Of a stretch of 64,000 nt of DNA, positions 1 through 12,959 are shown one piece after another. How positions within the stretch are numbered: position 1 is the first letter of the stretch; the number at the start of each line of letters is the position of its first letter. The notes beneath the pieces were generated by a model. The model made no database searches. It was given only the letters and a program-made list of their open reading frames with translations, and was not told where the DNA came from. The stretch lies in assembly GCA_964016885.1 (NCBI GenBank), contig OZ024755.1:2294001-2358000 (forward strand), in the 5' to 3' direction. The position numbers were made by a program, and so were the translations under genes. The DNA is from Eledone cirrhosa (Eukaryota).

Positions 1-103
1 ATGTATATATGTATCTACGTATATATATATACATATATAGATGTATGCGTGTGTATATGTATATATATCTACATATATATCTACATATATATCTATCTAT
101 AGA

Positions 104-135
<32 letters not shown>

Positions 136-521
136 GACAAATACAAAACTGATCCCACCATCAGCAACATTCCGATTTCGCCACACACCTCGCCTGACAG
201 GCAACCAGCATCATCATCACCAACATAACACTACCATCACTACAAACTGTGTGTGTGTGTGTGTTTGTGTGTGTGACAATGGTCTTCCCTTTAGTGACAG
301 GTTTACAATATGTCCCCTTAAGTGTCGTCAAGATGAAATGTGACTAATTGGATGATCCCTTCTGGAATGTTCCATGATTAAAACAGAACAGGGGTCAGTG
401 ATCCCACTCAGTCGGTTAACAGTTGACATCTTTCACTCGCAGTGTCTAACTCTTCTCATATTTTTACTCTCGCGGGACCTAATAATAATAGTAATAATAT
501 AATAATAATAATAATAATAAT

Positions 522-856
522 GTTTCTACTTTTGGCGCAAGGCCAGCAATTACCCCAGTGTATTACTGGTACTTTATTTTATTGACCCCGTAAGGATGAA
601 AGGTAAAGTTAACCTCGGCGGGATTTGAACTCAGAACGCAAAGAGTCATAACTCTATGCTGCTAAGCATGATGTCCGACGCTTCTACCGATACTGCCAAA
701 GGCACAAGGACAGCAATTTGGAGGTGAAGGGGGGGGGGGGGGTCGATTTAATCGCCCCCAGTGCATTACTGGGATTTGAACTCAGAGAGTAGAATCGAAA
801 CGAATACGACGAAGTAATCTATTCGACGTTCTAACGACTTCTACCAATTCACTGTC
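522..856 (-). mobile_element. Two adjacent tRNA-derived SINE copies (main family)
   Basis: Reverse complement has A-box TGGCAGTATCGG, B-box GAGTTCAAATCC, central cctttcatccttacggggtc..aaataaagtaccag and tail gctggccttg.gcc. Confidence 0.8.
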
Positions 857-1444
857 TAATAGACTGGATACTTTAGTTACATCCGGCAGGAAAAGACGAT
901 GATGATGACGATGATGATGATGTCAATGACGATGATGACAATGATGATGAAGAAGAAGAAGCAACAGATGACATACAGCCTGTAGTTACAAAACCAGTGA
1001 TAATGAAGAGTAGTATCCATAGAAGGATATCATTCATTCTGATTATTATACAGGTTTATTCACGTCTGAAGATGATAAACAATGCAATTCTGTGATATTT
1101 TAATTAACTTTTGAGTTTGAAATGATTTACTACGTAATTGGAATTTAAAGCGGTGTTCAATTTCTTCCACTTGGGTTTTGTATCTATAAAGTTCAGAAAT
1201 ATATTTTCTTCGTTCAACTTATTTATAATATTAGTTTTAATATTTGTAGCCTGAAACTGCTTTGAATTAGCTAATTAGAAATAAGATGGTTTCTGATGGA
1301 TGGGGGGGGGGGGGGGCGATTAAATCGACCCCAGTATGTTACTGTGACTTTCTATTATCGACCTCGTAAGGATGAAAGGAGATTTTTTTTTTTTTTTTTC
1401 ATTGTTTCTGTAACAATTAAGGCTTTTTTAAGGGGTCAGGTGTT

Positions 1445-1910
1445 GGCCTGACACCATCGCTGAAAGGCGCCTGAAACTGGTTGGACACATTTTGATTTAA
1501 ATGACTCAGTACCGGAACCCCCTCTGTGAAAATGAGATGGGTCCCAGTTGGTGGTAAGCAGAAAAAAAGGAGAGACCCAAGAAAATCTGGCGCTCAACTT
1601 TCAAAGAAGATCTCCAGAGGATTGGACGAGGAAACCTAGCAAGATGTCGCAGGTTATCGTGTAAATTGGAAAGGACTCAATACCCAATATGACCCAGAAC
1701 ATAGGAGGACCTAAGAATATATTTGGATATGTTTACAACGATGACTAAGGACAGCTGCTGCAGTTTTATGGATAGGGTTATAGGTCTAATAAAATCTACA
1801 TAAGGCTTGTCTTGATATTAACATGGAAGACAAAATACAGATGCACCATGTAAATTGGAGAGGACTCATTGCTCAATATGACCCAGGACATAGGAGGACC
1901 TAAGACTAAG
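1445..1910 (+). pseudogene. Degenerate RTE-clade LINE 3' end (two termini)
   Basis: Broken reading IAERRLKLVGHIL..MRWVPVGGK..RPKKIWRSTFKEDL; 3' end gacccag.acataggaggacctaag at ~1690-1715 and ~1880-1910. Confidence 0.65.
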
Positions 1911-2082
1911 AAGGATGAAAGGCATAGCTAAATCATTATTACTAACTTAATATAAACTAGAGATACACAACAACAATAACAACAATAGTCTCGCTAATAT
2001 AGAGATAGACTCACACACAACAATAGCCAACAACAACCAAACTAAATCCGAACATGATGAAACTAAACAAGGATTTAATAAT

Positions 2083-2300
2083 GGTTTCTGATTAAGGCAC
2101 AAGGCCAGCAATTATCCCGGTGCATTACTGGTACCTTATTTTATCGATCCCGTAAGGATGAAAGGCAAAGTTAATCTCGGCGGGATTTGAACTCAGTCCG
2201 TAAAGGGACGTAACTCTATGCTGGAAACCAGGATTTAATAATAGTTTCTGATTAAGGCACAAAGCCAATAATTTTTTTTGTGGGGGGGATTAAGTCGACA
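2083..2300 (-). mobile_element. Main-family SINE plus duplicated 3' piece
   Basis: Same central and tail motifs; aggatttaataat.gtttctgattaaggcac occurs twice. Confidence 0.75.
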
Positions 2301-2459
2301 AACAGGGAAATAATAAACTCATAAAATACCTACCCATCCACCCATCTCCAAAAAACATCAAGAAACTCGCAACTCATTTATATGTTACATAAATAAAGCA
2401 ATCGGTCAAAGACTATAAAAAGTAATTAACAGAATTAACAAGGCTAACATTTATTACAC

Positions 2460-2731
2460 TATATAACGAGCCACAATAACACGTTCAGGTACCAAGACAA
2501 CGCTTGGTTTACTGAAAATAGCCTCCATATTGCTTCAAACCACACCCTACCTCGTTTTGCAAAAATGTAACGTTGTGTGGGGGGTAAAATGTCAGTTTTA
2601 GATTTAGAGAAGGATGTCTTGTCATAGCGAGACAATTATTGATTAGAAATAACCTAGGGCTAAACAACAATAATAACTCCTTTATCAATTTTCTAAAATT
2701 AGTCCCAAAGAAAATAAAGACACACACACTC

Positions 2732-2780
<49 letters not shown>

Positions 2781-3130
2781 TATACACAAAGAAAGAGAAA
2801 GAATTCCAATAAGGCAAGCTTGACTGTGAACATGATCAGCTCCTTCCATCAAACAGCAGAAATACAATAGCGAAATCCCAAAACTCAAAAGCCTCAGGGT
2901 TCAATAACATCACAAACACATGTTTAAAACTCCTTGATGCTGAAGAAGTGATTATATTCAACACCTTCAACTATCCCTACCACCTCTGGCAAATCCCGAG
3001 ATGAAAACTGGGCAGATGTTTACATTTATAAAACCTAATGAAAACCGATCCGAACCAGCATGAAGAGATTTATCAATTTCCTATAACAACGTTAAACATG
3101 CCTAGAAAAGTATATTATTTACTATTGCAA
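2460..3130 (+). pseudogene. Possible heavily decayed Penelope-like RT/GIY-YIG relic
   Basis: Scattered in-order peptides FRYQDN (YxDD-like), VLDLE, FINF and EEIYQFP; many frameshifts. Confidence 0.25.
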
Positions 3131-3699
3131 ACCCATGCATTTCTAAGTTACAACATGAATTAGGAATATTTACTTTTAGCCACCACACTACACAAAAATG
3201 TCTAAAGTATGTCTCAAACTCGGAGGCTCATCCGGCCAACGTTTCTTCTAGTTTCTGTGGCATTAAGTGACAGAGAGTAAAAGACTCCACCACCCCTCCC
3301 TGGAAAGGACGCCAGTCCATCGCAACATTACACAGCTCTTACAAGATCATTAATATATTGATTCAACTACATTTTCCAGTAAAGATTTCGACTCTATTCT
3401 TTACTTCTGAGTAGAAACATTCCAAAATTAAGAGCTACTAAACCTATTGACTACCATCGAGCCAACAAGAGGGGCCGTGTAGGTTGTCACCCGGTCTGAA
3501 AGAGAGAGAGAGGGGGGGGGTGTTAATTGATATAGAGAGGGGGATTGAAAGAGAGTTCCGTGTAGTAGATATAGAGAGGGGGAGAGTTTGGTGTTAATTG
3601 ATATAGAGAGGGGGATTGGATGAGAGTTCCGTGTAGTAGTTCGTGTTTTGGTAGTTTCACCCCAAACTACCAAAACATATCTATTTAGATATCACTACA

Positions 3700-3837
3700 A
3701 TTTATGTACATGTTATGTTTATCGCATATCGAAGTTTTCCGATCATTTTAGAGTCCAAAGAGCTAAACTAATCACTACAACTAAATTGACCAAATCCAGC
3801 CCCACTTCCCTATTCAGAAATCTTTCCACCACCCCTG
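3700..3837. mobile_element. Dispersed repeat ending in CCCCTG (hAT-like terminus); second copy at ~12465-12608
   Basis: gttatgtttatcgcatatcgaagtttt..aaactaatcactacaactaaattg..ccacc.cccctg is present at both loci. Confidence 0.55.
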
Positions 3838-4213
3838 TATTTTGTAGTTGTACTCCTAATATTGTTAGAAGATATCATTATAAATCTCTTCAGAACACAG
3901 AAAATAACACATTTCACATGATTGTAAAGCTGGTCGTAAAATCCATACAGAAAGTATCTACACAGTGATGGGAGAAAAACAGAGATTTGGAAGACATATA
4001 TAACAGAGATTAGTTGGACATGGAATGGCTACAGTTTATGGCACCAGAAAGAATGTAATGATTATATCGTAGTCATATTGAATGACACTGAAACTTAGCT
4101 AGAAGGCAATTGTTTACGATTAATGCTAAGAATCGTCGTCTTCTGCTTCTTGTAGATTTTAGGGGGAAGTGAATGAGAGCGAGAAGACGCTGGTTTACTG
4201 AGTCAAAGTATGT

Positions 4214-4251
<38 letters not shown>

Positions 4252-4469
4252 TTGTGGTGTGTCTGTGGATCTGTGTGTGTTTGTGGTGTCTGTGTGTATG
4301 TGTATGTCTGTGGATCTGTGTGTGTATGTCTGTGGATCTGTGTGTACGTGTATATAAGTGTATGTGTGTCTGTTTGAGTGTGTATGTGTGCCTGTACACG
4401 CGCATATGTGTGTATAACTATATATATATGTGTATGTGACTTAACACACAAGTGACAAGTGCTTTTTTC

Positions 4470-4775
4470 TCAAAATATTGTTTTTGACGTTTCTTTCTCC
4501 TCTCATTCTCTATTTTTCTCTTTCGTCTTTTATTTCTCATTCTACCGTCTGATGAAGGAGGACTAGGGTGCCATCTCCATACCAGTAAATGGCGCACGTC
4601 TGTGGCTGCCAGGAGTTGATGACATAATTAGAAGGATGTGTGTGGTTTAACATTTCCTTGAGTGGTTTGCTCTCTAATGAAGGAGGTCAATTTTAGATGT
4701 AGGGTTTACGTTGGATTCATTTCGTGGTTAGCTTTGCTTTAATTCGGATGTATTTATGTTCGAGTTAAGGCAATT
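4470..4775. mobile_element. Family C 5' part joined to an inverted Penelope-like 3' fragment
   Basis: ctcattctaccgtCTGATGAagga at ~4536-4559. The minus strand near 4730-4765 reads LEHKYIRIKAKL, reminiscent of the E..FI...KP.LN end of Penelope GIY-YIG ORFs. Confidence 0.35.
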
Positions 4776-4815
4776 GACAGTCTCAGTTGCACACACACAC
4801 GCACACACACACACA

Positions 4816-4854
<39 letters not shown>

Positions 4855-4980
4855 CAGAGAAATAGATAGAGATATATAGATATAGATATATATATATATA
4901 AATATATATATGTGTGTGTACATATGTGTCTGCGTGTGTGTGTGTGTACATGTGTCTTTGTCTGTCTGTGTGTGTGTGTG

Positions 4981-5103
4981 TATTATTTATTAATGAAATA
5001 ATACGTGACAACCGGACGAGCTATTTCGCTTAGGAGTTTGATAAACTGCCGTAAGCGAAACAGTCTAAACAATTGTCACAAATGTTTTCATTAATAAATA
5101 ATA
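4981..5103. mobile_element. Family D fold-back palindrome with hammerhead-like 3' halves
   Basis: Perfect 18-bp outer arms tattatttattaatgaaa/tttcattaataaataata. Central hairpin ttcgctta..taagcgaa leads into GAAAcagtc (plus) and GAAAtagctcgtc (minus). Confidence 0.5.
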
Positions 5104-5329
5104 TTTATTCGCTGTTTAATGCTGTCTTGAGTCTCTCCCTTATATGAAAGAGGTTTCCCATTCCCAACCCACAAGGCAAATTCACCTCCTTCCCCCCACC
5201 CTCCCCCATGTCTTACTGCTACTCTACTATATTTCCCTATTGGTTCTATCACTAGTCACACGTCTATGACTATCTAGTTACTCTATTCCTTGCTTACTCT
5301 CTTATTTGTTGTCTTAATATCTCTATAGG

Positions 5330-5740
5330 GTAAGGACCCCCTTCGGTCAAGAATGACCATAGGATTTTTACCTCGAAAGTTCCCCTTCCGAGGCCCAAGT
5401 CCGGGCAAGGTGTGTTTGGTTGAAGACCAGCAATCGCCCATACAGACCAGTCTCTCTTCTCTCCACGCCACCGGTGTCATACAGACCAGTCTCTCTTCTC
5501 TCCACACCACCGGTGTCATACAGACCAGTGTCTCTTCTCTCCACGCCACCGGTGTCACACAGACCAGTCTCTCTTCTCTCCACGCCACCAGTGTCATACA
5601 GACCAGTCTCTCTTCTCTCCACGCCACCGGTGTCAGACAGACCAGTCTCTCTTCTCTCCACGCCACCGGTGTTGTCCAAGGGAAATTACACAATGCTGAT
5701 ACAGCTTGACACTAGTGATGTCGCAATTTATTTTTACAGC
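5330..5740 (-). mobile_element. Probable SINE 3' region containing a 39-bp x6 internal minisatellite
   Basis: Unit catacagaccagtctctcttctctccacgccaccggtgt at ~5439-5671. The flanks resemble a cephalopod SINE as recalled, not searched. Confidence 0.5.
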
Positions 5741-5870
5741 AGTAATCGGTAGAGCGTCAGACATCGTTTCGTGGCATAGAGTTACGTCCCTTTACGTACT
5801 GAGTTCAAATGCCGCCGATAAAATAAAGCACCAGTAACGCACTGGGGTTGATTTAAACCACTTTTCTCTC
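5737..5870 (+). mobile_element. Main-family SINE (internally deleted)
   Basis: atcggtagagcgtcagac..gagttcaaatgccgccga..aaataaagcaccagtaa. Confidence 0.7.
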
Positions 5871-6505
5871 CACCCGAATATCTCTCTCTATATATATCTC
5901 AGACTTTTCTTATTCTTTCTATCTATCACTTTGACATATCTCTCATTTTTCCTCACTCTCTCTCTCTCTCTCTTTCTCTTTAAGAATGTGTGTGTGTGTA
6001 TGTATATGTGTATGTATATATGTGTGTATGTGTGTGTATGTATATATGTGTGTATGTATATGTGTGTGTATGTATATATATATAAGTGTGTGTGTGTATA
6101 TATGTGTGTGTGTATATATGTGTGTGTGTATATATATATATGTGTGTGTGTGCGTGTGTGTCTGAATTTGTCGCAGGGACGTTCACTATCTTTCCTTTCC
6201 ACTCCCCTCACCCTCATCTCACCCACCCACCCCCCATTCACACCTCTTCCCCCCACACCCATCCTCCCTATCCCTACCCTCCCTATCCCCACCCTCACCC
6301 CACATGCACTATTTCTCTTTCTTACTTCCAGCTCTGACGCCAAGCATTTTGGGACATTTCATTATTTTTTTTTTCCTTTTTCAATATTGTTTTGAGATTT
6401 ATTTATTATTGAATTGTTATTTATATTTTTGTTCTCTCATTTGTTGTTTTGTTGGTTTTGTCCAATTAGAATTTTGAAAATCCCATATTTCACCCCCACC
6501 ACCCC

Positions 6506-6536
<31 letters not shown>

Positions 6537-9223
6537 ATCACCACCACCACCATCACCACCACTACCATCACCACCAGCTCCATCACCACCACCATCACCA
6601 TCACAATCACCACCATCACCACCACCATCACCACCACCATCACCACCACCACCACCACTACCACCACCAGCTCCATCACCACCATCACCACCACCACCAC
6701 CACCACCAGCTCCATCACCACCACCAGCTCCATCACCACCACCACTACCACACTCCCATAACCAAAAAAAATAATAATGATAATTATAATTTCTCTTATA
6801 TTACCACAAGGGCGACAATAGGGGGACATTTCAAGACACTACAATAACAACAATAACAACAAGGGGGACAATACAAAGGACGGGGACAGTGGGGAGGGGT
6901 TGACATAGAAATATAGTAAGAAGAAAAGGAAAAGGAAAGGATGGAGGAGGAGAAGGAGAGGAAGAAGGAAAAGGCGAGGAAGAATGGATTTTGTTGCTAT
7001 CATAATTCTTAAAAAAATAATTATTATTGTTATTATTATTATTATATAATTATTATAACTATGGTGGTGGTGTTGGGGGAGGGGGTCAAAAAGATAGAAA
7101 ACCATAAAACAGGGGTGAAAAGAATAAAGGATTTCTCTTCTATTTGTGAGAATAAGGGATTTGTTTTAACACCCCCACCCTCCCGCCCCTGGCCCCTTAA
7201 AACCTCAAGTAAACCAAAGAATTGTTCTGCTAAAGACAAAACACAAAGAAAAAAAGGGAGACAATCATCCTATTTATTATCATGAACGTCATCATCATCA
7301 TCGCCATCTTTATTGTCGTTGTCACTATTATCGTCATCATCATCATCATGATAACTGTCATCAATATCACTACCACCACTACAACCACTACAACAACCAC
7401 CACCACAATCACCACTACAACCACAACCACCATCACCAATACTACCACCACCCCACCACCACTACAACTACAACCACAACCACCATCACCAACACTACCA
7501 CCACCCCACCACCACCACCCCACCACCACAACTACAATCACCACCACCAACACTACCACTATCACTACCACACCCACCATCACAACCAACACAACCACCA
7601 CTACCATCAGCACAACCACCATCACAACCACTGAGACTAGGGAATTCGATGAGTACGTGATTCGTTATTGAATGCTCCGATTTGAAATCGTCTCTCCTAG
7701 GAGAAGTTACCTTCGATAAACTAACCTCCTATCCAGTGGGAGATGTATCTCACATCCTCTTAATGCTATAGTAATCGCAGATAATCACCAACCTTTTGGA
7801 TTCTTCTTATTTGGGAAAAGATTAAAAAATGAGATACGTTGATAAATTATCACTTTTTATAAAGGTATTGCTGGCTTTTTTTGCTACTCTCTATTTGGGT
7901 TGATTCCATAGGATTTCCCTCCAGACAATTTCCAAGATAGATGCATATACTCCGATTAATCTTCGTTACTCTTGACGATTTAATATTATCATTAGTGTTT
8001 TCTGGTATTATAATCATTTATCCCTCCAAGATGATTAACAACCCTTCTTTCTTTGCCTTTCTTGTAATATAATATCTGTATTTTATCTGCATAACTTTGC
8101 CATTATTTCGCATGAACAGGAACCTATAAGAGGAAGGTGCAGGTGCTATATCGTACCTGAGACCGGGAATATCAGAAAAAATACTTACATATGTTGAAAT
8201 CTAAGCCCTAGAAAAAAAACCTTGTAGCCCATGGTAAAATTCCTCACAGAAATCTGTATTTAGATATATATTTAAATATTTCGGCAAATCAAGTCCCTCC
8301 TCACCATATTTCTAATGTATGACGATCACAACCAAATACATTAAGCAACGCTAAAGGCAGTTACCCCCTCTTTCTTCTTCTCGTCTTCTTCTTCTTCTTG
8401 TCTTCTTCTGTCTTCTTCTTCGTCTTCTGTCTTCTTCTTCTGACTTCTTCTGACTTCTTCTTCGTCTTCTTCTTCTTCTGTCATATTCTTCTATCTTCTG
8501 TCTTCTGTCTTCTTCTCCTGTCTTCTGTCTTCTGTCTTCTTCTCCTGTCTTCTGTCTTCTTCTTCTTCTGTCTTCTCCTGTCTTCTTCTTCTGTCTTCTC
8601 CTGTCTTCTTCTTCTGTCTTCTCCTACTTGTGGATTACACAGTATAGTAGGAATCATTAGAAAACTTTACAAACCTTCCCCCAAAGACTATCAAAGACAA
8701 AGTTAATATCAAGAACATAGAATGGCCTGGTTGATTCTTCTACAATTTCTTCTTAATGTGTAGATGTGTTCCAGATAACACCACCTTTCTCTTGATCGAA
8801 ATACAATTTGAGATTCACAAAGTGTTATTACACTCTCTCTAGTCATTATTCTGTTTAAGATAGACTGAGAAAACACCTTGGATATCGGAGAAAGAAAAGT
8901 GACTCCTTAAAAGTTGTTACTGTTTCTTGGATAACTTTTCTTATTTCTTCCTGTAATTTCTTGTCTCTGTTTTGTAGTCTTCCTCTCCTCCCTCGTATTC
9001 TCTTAAACAAGACTCTCTACTCTACACAACATACAGTAGTAGTTTTCTCTAAAGAAACTAACATTTAATGTATAAAACTGCTGATTCCACGTTTCTTAGT
9101 ATTTGTCGTGGCTGCGAGTTAGCAGTCACTAGAGTGTCGAATAGAAAGCTATGAAGTGTTCATTCTGAGTTCAAATCCTACCAAGATTAATTTTGTCTTT
9201 CATTATTTTAGTGTCAACTGAAT

Positions 9224-9560
9224 AGGGTGGTGGATTGGCAGAATCGGTAGAGCGTCGGACACCATGCTTTGCGGCCTATAGTTAAGCCCTTTACATTCTG
9301 AGTTCGAATCCAGCTTTGCTTTTCATCCTTACGGGGTCGATAAGATAAAGTATCAGTAATACACTGGGGTTGATTTAATTGACTTTTACCTCATCCAAAA
9401 TTGTTGGCCTTGTGCCTAAGCCAGAAACCATTCGGTGATATCAACGTTGCTTTTTCACCCTTCCAAGGTCGGTAAAATAAAGTACCAGTCAAGTACTGGG
9501 GTTCAATTTAATCGACTTTCTTTTCCCTCTAAAATTGTTGGCCTTGTGCTTATATTAGTG
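9224..9560 (+). mobile_element. Main-family SINE, near full length, plus adjacent 3' half
   Basis: gggtggtggatTGGCAGAATCGGtagagc (A box) ... gagTTCGAATCC (B box) ... ttggccttgtgcc. Confidence 0.8.
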
Positions 9561-11039
9561 TCAGTAAATAAAGTAGTAATTGAGGGTGGTGTGAGGGTGG
9601 TGTGTTGTTAGAGTAACGAGCAACATGATTTATAGACTCTCTGTTTCGGCTTTCTCCCTCCTGAGTTGAAATACAGAAGGACCTATCACTCAGAAGGAAT
9701 CCCCATCATTCTCTCCATGATATTGATATTAACACAATAACTTGACAATACGGTTTGGGGTCGTTCAAGAAATAGAAGGGCTCAATTAGAACTGATTAAC
9801 CCTAACCCTAACCCACATCCCGGCGTTCTTATTCGATTAAGGACCTCTTTAAGAGTCCTGTTTATTGATTTATCAAGTTATCTGTTAATATTTTCTTGTT
9901 TTAGTTTTGTTGTTTTGTAATTCCTATTTCTGACTGAGCATTCTTTAGATTTGATTATTTTTCATTTTAAAAATGTGTCCCCAGAGCATGAAAATGTCGA
10001 GATTTCAATATACGTTATACAAAAGACTAGACAGCTAATAAAATGAGCTGTGCTGACTTTCTAATAATTCTATCGATATGGATATCTCTAGGAAAGCTTG
10101 GTTCAGTACTCAGTTTAGTTATATCAACAAGTCAATTTCGAAGACATGGTAAAGCCATAAACAAATTTTATGATATATTTAAGTTTGCGAAAAGAATTGT
10201 CAAATATTCTCAAACTAACAGAAACACTGAGAAATGTCTCAAGAAGTTTGTGGTCAGTTAATAAATTTAGTTATTCTATAGGTTTCAGTTCTGCTTTTAT
10301 TGGACTTACTTTAACTACTAACAATAAATGTTACGACCCTGTTGCAAAATCCTCAGCGCTGGGGTCATTGGGATATTAGTATGCTAACCCTATCGGTTAT
10401 TTTAGCTGACTTTCAGAGTCTCTGCTTAGCAGCATAAAAAAATACTTAGTTAAATTCTGCAATGAAATTATCAATGAAAACATAAAATAAAATATTTCTG
10501 AAATTGGCCTCTTCTCGTTGGCATCAGGTGTTGTGTCGTTTCTACTTTCTTCTCTTCACTCTCATAGAAGAATTTGATTTCCATCTTGAAATTATTGTTG
10601 TTGTTATTATTATTATTATTATTGTTGTTGTTGTTGTTCCAGATAAACCACTTGAACTGAATTTCACCAGCCTTTGTTATACTGCCTGCTTTCATTAATA
10701 TTTCACTTTCCAATTATTTGGGGCAGTTAATAAGATTAGATAAGAGTTTCAAATAGGAAGGGCGCCGTTATTACTATAACATGAGATTTTTTTTCACTGA
10801 ACACTAATAGGTAGGGTTTTTAGAAATCAAATAAATATAATAAAGCCTCACAAAAGACCCTTTTTTCACTTTTTCAACTCAATTAAACTAGAAATTAAAG
10901 ATGGCGGCACGAATCCCATATCATAGTTTTAAAATCCAAAGAAAAATGTAAATATTTTTTTTTTCATTTAAACCTTTCGCATTTTCATGCAGTCGTTTGT
11001 TCTACTTTAATTTTGCAAATAATAATAATTATTATTATT

Positions 11040-11360
11040 TTTCATTTAGGCACAAGGCCAACAATTTTGGGGAGGGGAAACTCGATTAAATCGCCACCAG
11101 TGCATTACTGGTACTTTATTTTATCGACCCCGTAAAGATGAAAGGCAAAGTCAACCTCAGCGGGATTTAGACTCAGACCGTAAAAAGCCGTAACTCTATG
11201 TTGCAAAGCATGGCGTCCGACCCCCTACCGATACTACCAATCCACCTAGGCTTTAAATAATTATTTCTACTTTTGGTACAAGGCCAGCAATTACCCCGGT
11301 GTATTACTGGTACTTTACCTTTCATCCTTACGGGGTCGATAAAATAAAGTTAACCCCGGC
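11040..11360 (-). mobile_element. Main-family SINE cluster
   Basis: Full copy at 11040-11247 and further fragments in both orientations to 11360. Confidence 0.75.
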
Positions 11361-11935
11361 ATAATGCACACAAAACTCTGCATGGCACTACGGCGCCTCT
11401 CCCAGAAGTTACGGGACCCTACCATACCTTATTTTGTCTGTGGCGGGGGGTGGAGAGTATGTGTATATGATAACATCCAATCCATACGATATTACCCAGG
11501 GAGACATCCGGGTGGACATCCGCGATCCTCACTGTTAGGCTCCACACATTTCTGCATAAACTACGTAAAAACATAAAATCCACACACACACGCACACGCA
11601 CACGCACACGCACGTGTGTGTGTGTGAAGTAATCCTGCTATATATTTATGGCCGCCCACGATTCTGTGTGTGTATAAATATGTGCGTGTACATCCGTGTA
11701 GGTATATATATATATATATGTATATAATCATGTACGGATGTATATACATATGCTGTTAGATAAGGCGCACCTGACTAAATCTTTGCTCAAAGCTAATAAT
11801 TCCTCTGGTCTGTATATACAGCGTTGATTTCTAGGGATATATATAGAGAGGGAGAGAAACGATATATTTATATATGCAGAAGAGAGTTCAAGGTTGCACC
11901 ATAAATGAACTTTATTACATCTCTCTCTTTCTCTC

Positions 11936-11966
<31 letters not shown>

Positions 11967-11994
11967 GTGGACGAGGTGTCAAATGTTCATTAAG

Positions 11995-12075
11995 TTTAAT
12001 TCAGGTGTAACGCGTGTTTCGTGATTGATCAGCTGAAGGTTCGATCTCTGATCACTGGACCTCTTACAGGGCTGG
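11995..12075 (-). mobile_element. Family E second copy
   Basis: Minus strand reads gtgatcagagatcgaaccttcagctgatcaatcacGAAACACGCGTTAcacctgaattaaa. Confidence 0.5.
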
Positions 12076-12959
12076 TTGAACTGGGGGATCAAGGGTTCAT
12101 AACCACCCCCCACGTGCCCCCAATAAATATATATTTCCCCCAAAAAATACCAAAACACACACCTATTATGATATGCACTACACCACCATAGGCGCTGAGC
12201 TGGCCACCAGCCGCAGTTGCGAGCCTCGCGAGTTGGAATAGCTTTTCCAGCGCGTCTCCCTTGCCGTCCCCCGGGGAAACGCCTTCTCCATTCTGTCCGC
12301 CGGGGCTGTGGGGAGGCCACCAATATGATTGACTGACTTGTCATTTTACCAGTCAGATGTGAAACACTTATAATTTCCTTGCATGAAATCCTCAAGGCAC
12401 GACACGTGACACAACTTTAGTCAATGACATTCAATTATATTCGGCGTTTCTCAAATTCCGTTTGTATATTTATCTACACGTTATGTTTATCGCATATCGA
12501 AGTTTTCAGACCATTTTAGAGTGCAAAGGGTTAAACTAATCACTACAACTAAATTGTCAAAATCTGCCCACCCCCTCCCCCAATTCACCAATGCTTCCAC
12601 CGCCCCTGTCTTTGATATGTTAGTAACTGCCTCCGTACAAATCTTGAGAAGCTCGGCTGTATCAGCAATTTTTAAATTAGCTTTGCTCTTTCTTCCTCGG
12701 TGAAGCGAAGCTTCTCAAGTTTTTTACTGAGGTTAGTAACATAGCCAAGATCCTCAATGATCACGGGTACAAATCTAAATTGAATTCATTTTCTGTAAGG
12801 CCCGTGGAGTTTCTCATTCCATCTATAGACTATCATAGACTTCAGAGGTGAGATCTCTCTAGTAAACAGTTACTGAGATTTCAGTGGTTGCCGGTAGGTG
12901 GAGAGAGTGGCGGTTCTGTAGAGGTGTCTTTCTTTCTCTATTTTGACAGTATAGGTGGT

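Noticed and set aside
1066-1262. ctgaagatg...gaaac as a hammerhead (also 47045)
   Set aside because: Boxes too far apart or stems absent; at most decayed PLE-like sequence.
9224-9312. tRNA gene
   Set aside because: A and B boxes are present, but there is no cloverleaf and it continues into a SINE body repeated many times.
9797-9814. Telomeric (TAACCC)3
   Set aside because: Only three units; too short to call an interstitial telomere or a Helentron-type element.
10043-10713. Short ORFs as host exons or transposase
   Set aside because: No recognisable motif or splice pattern; interrupted by simple repeats.
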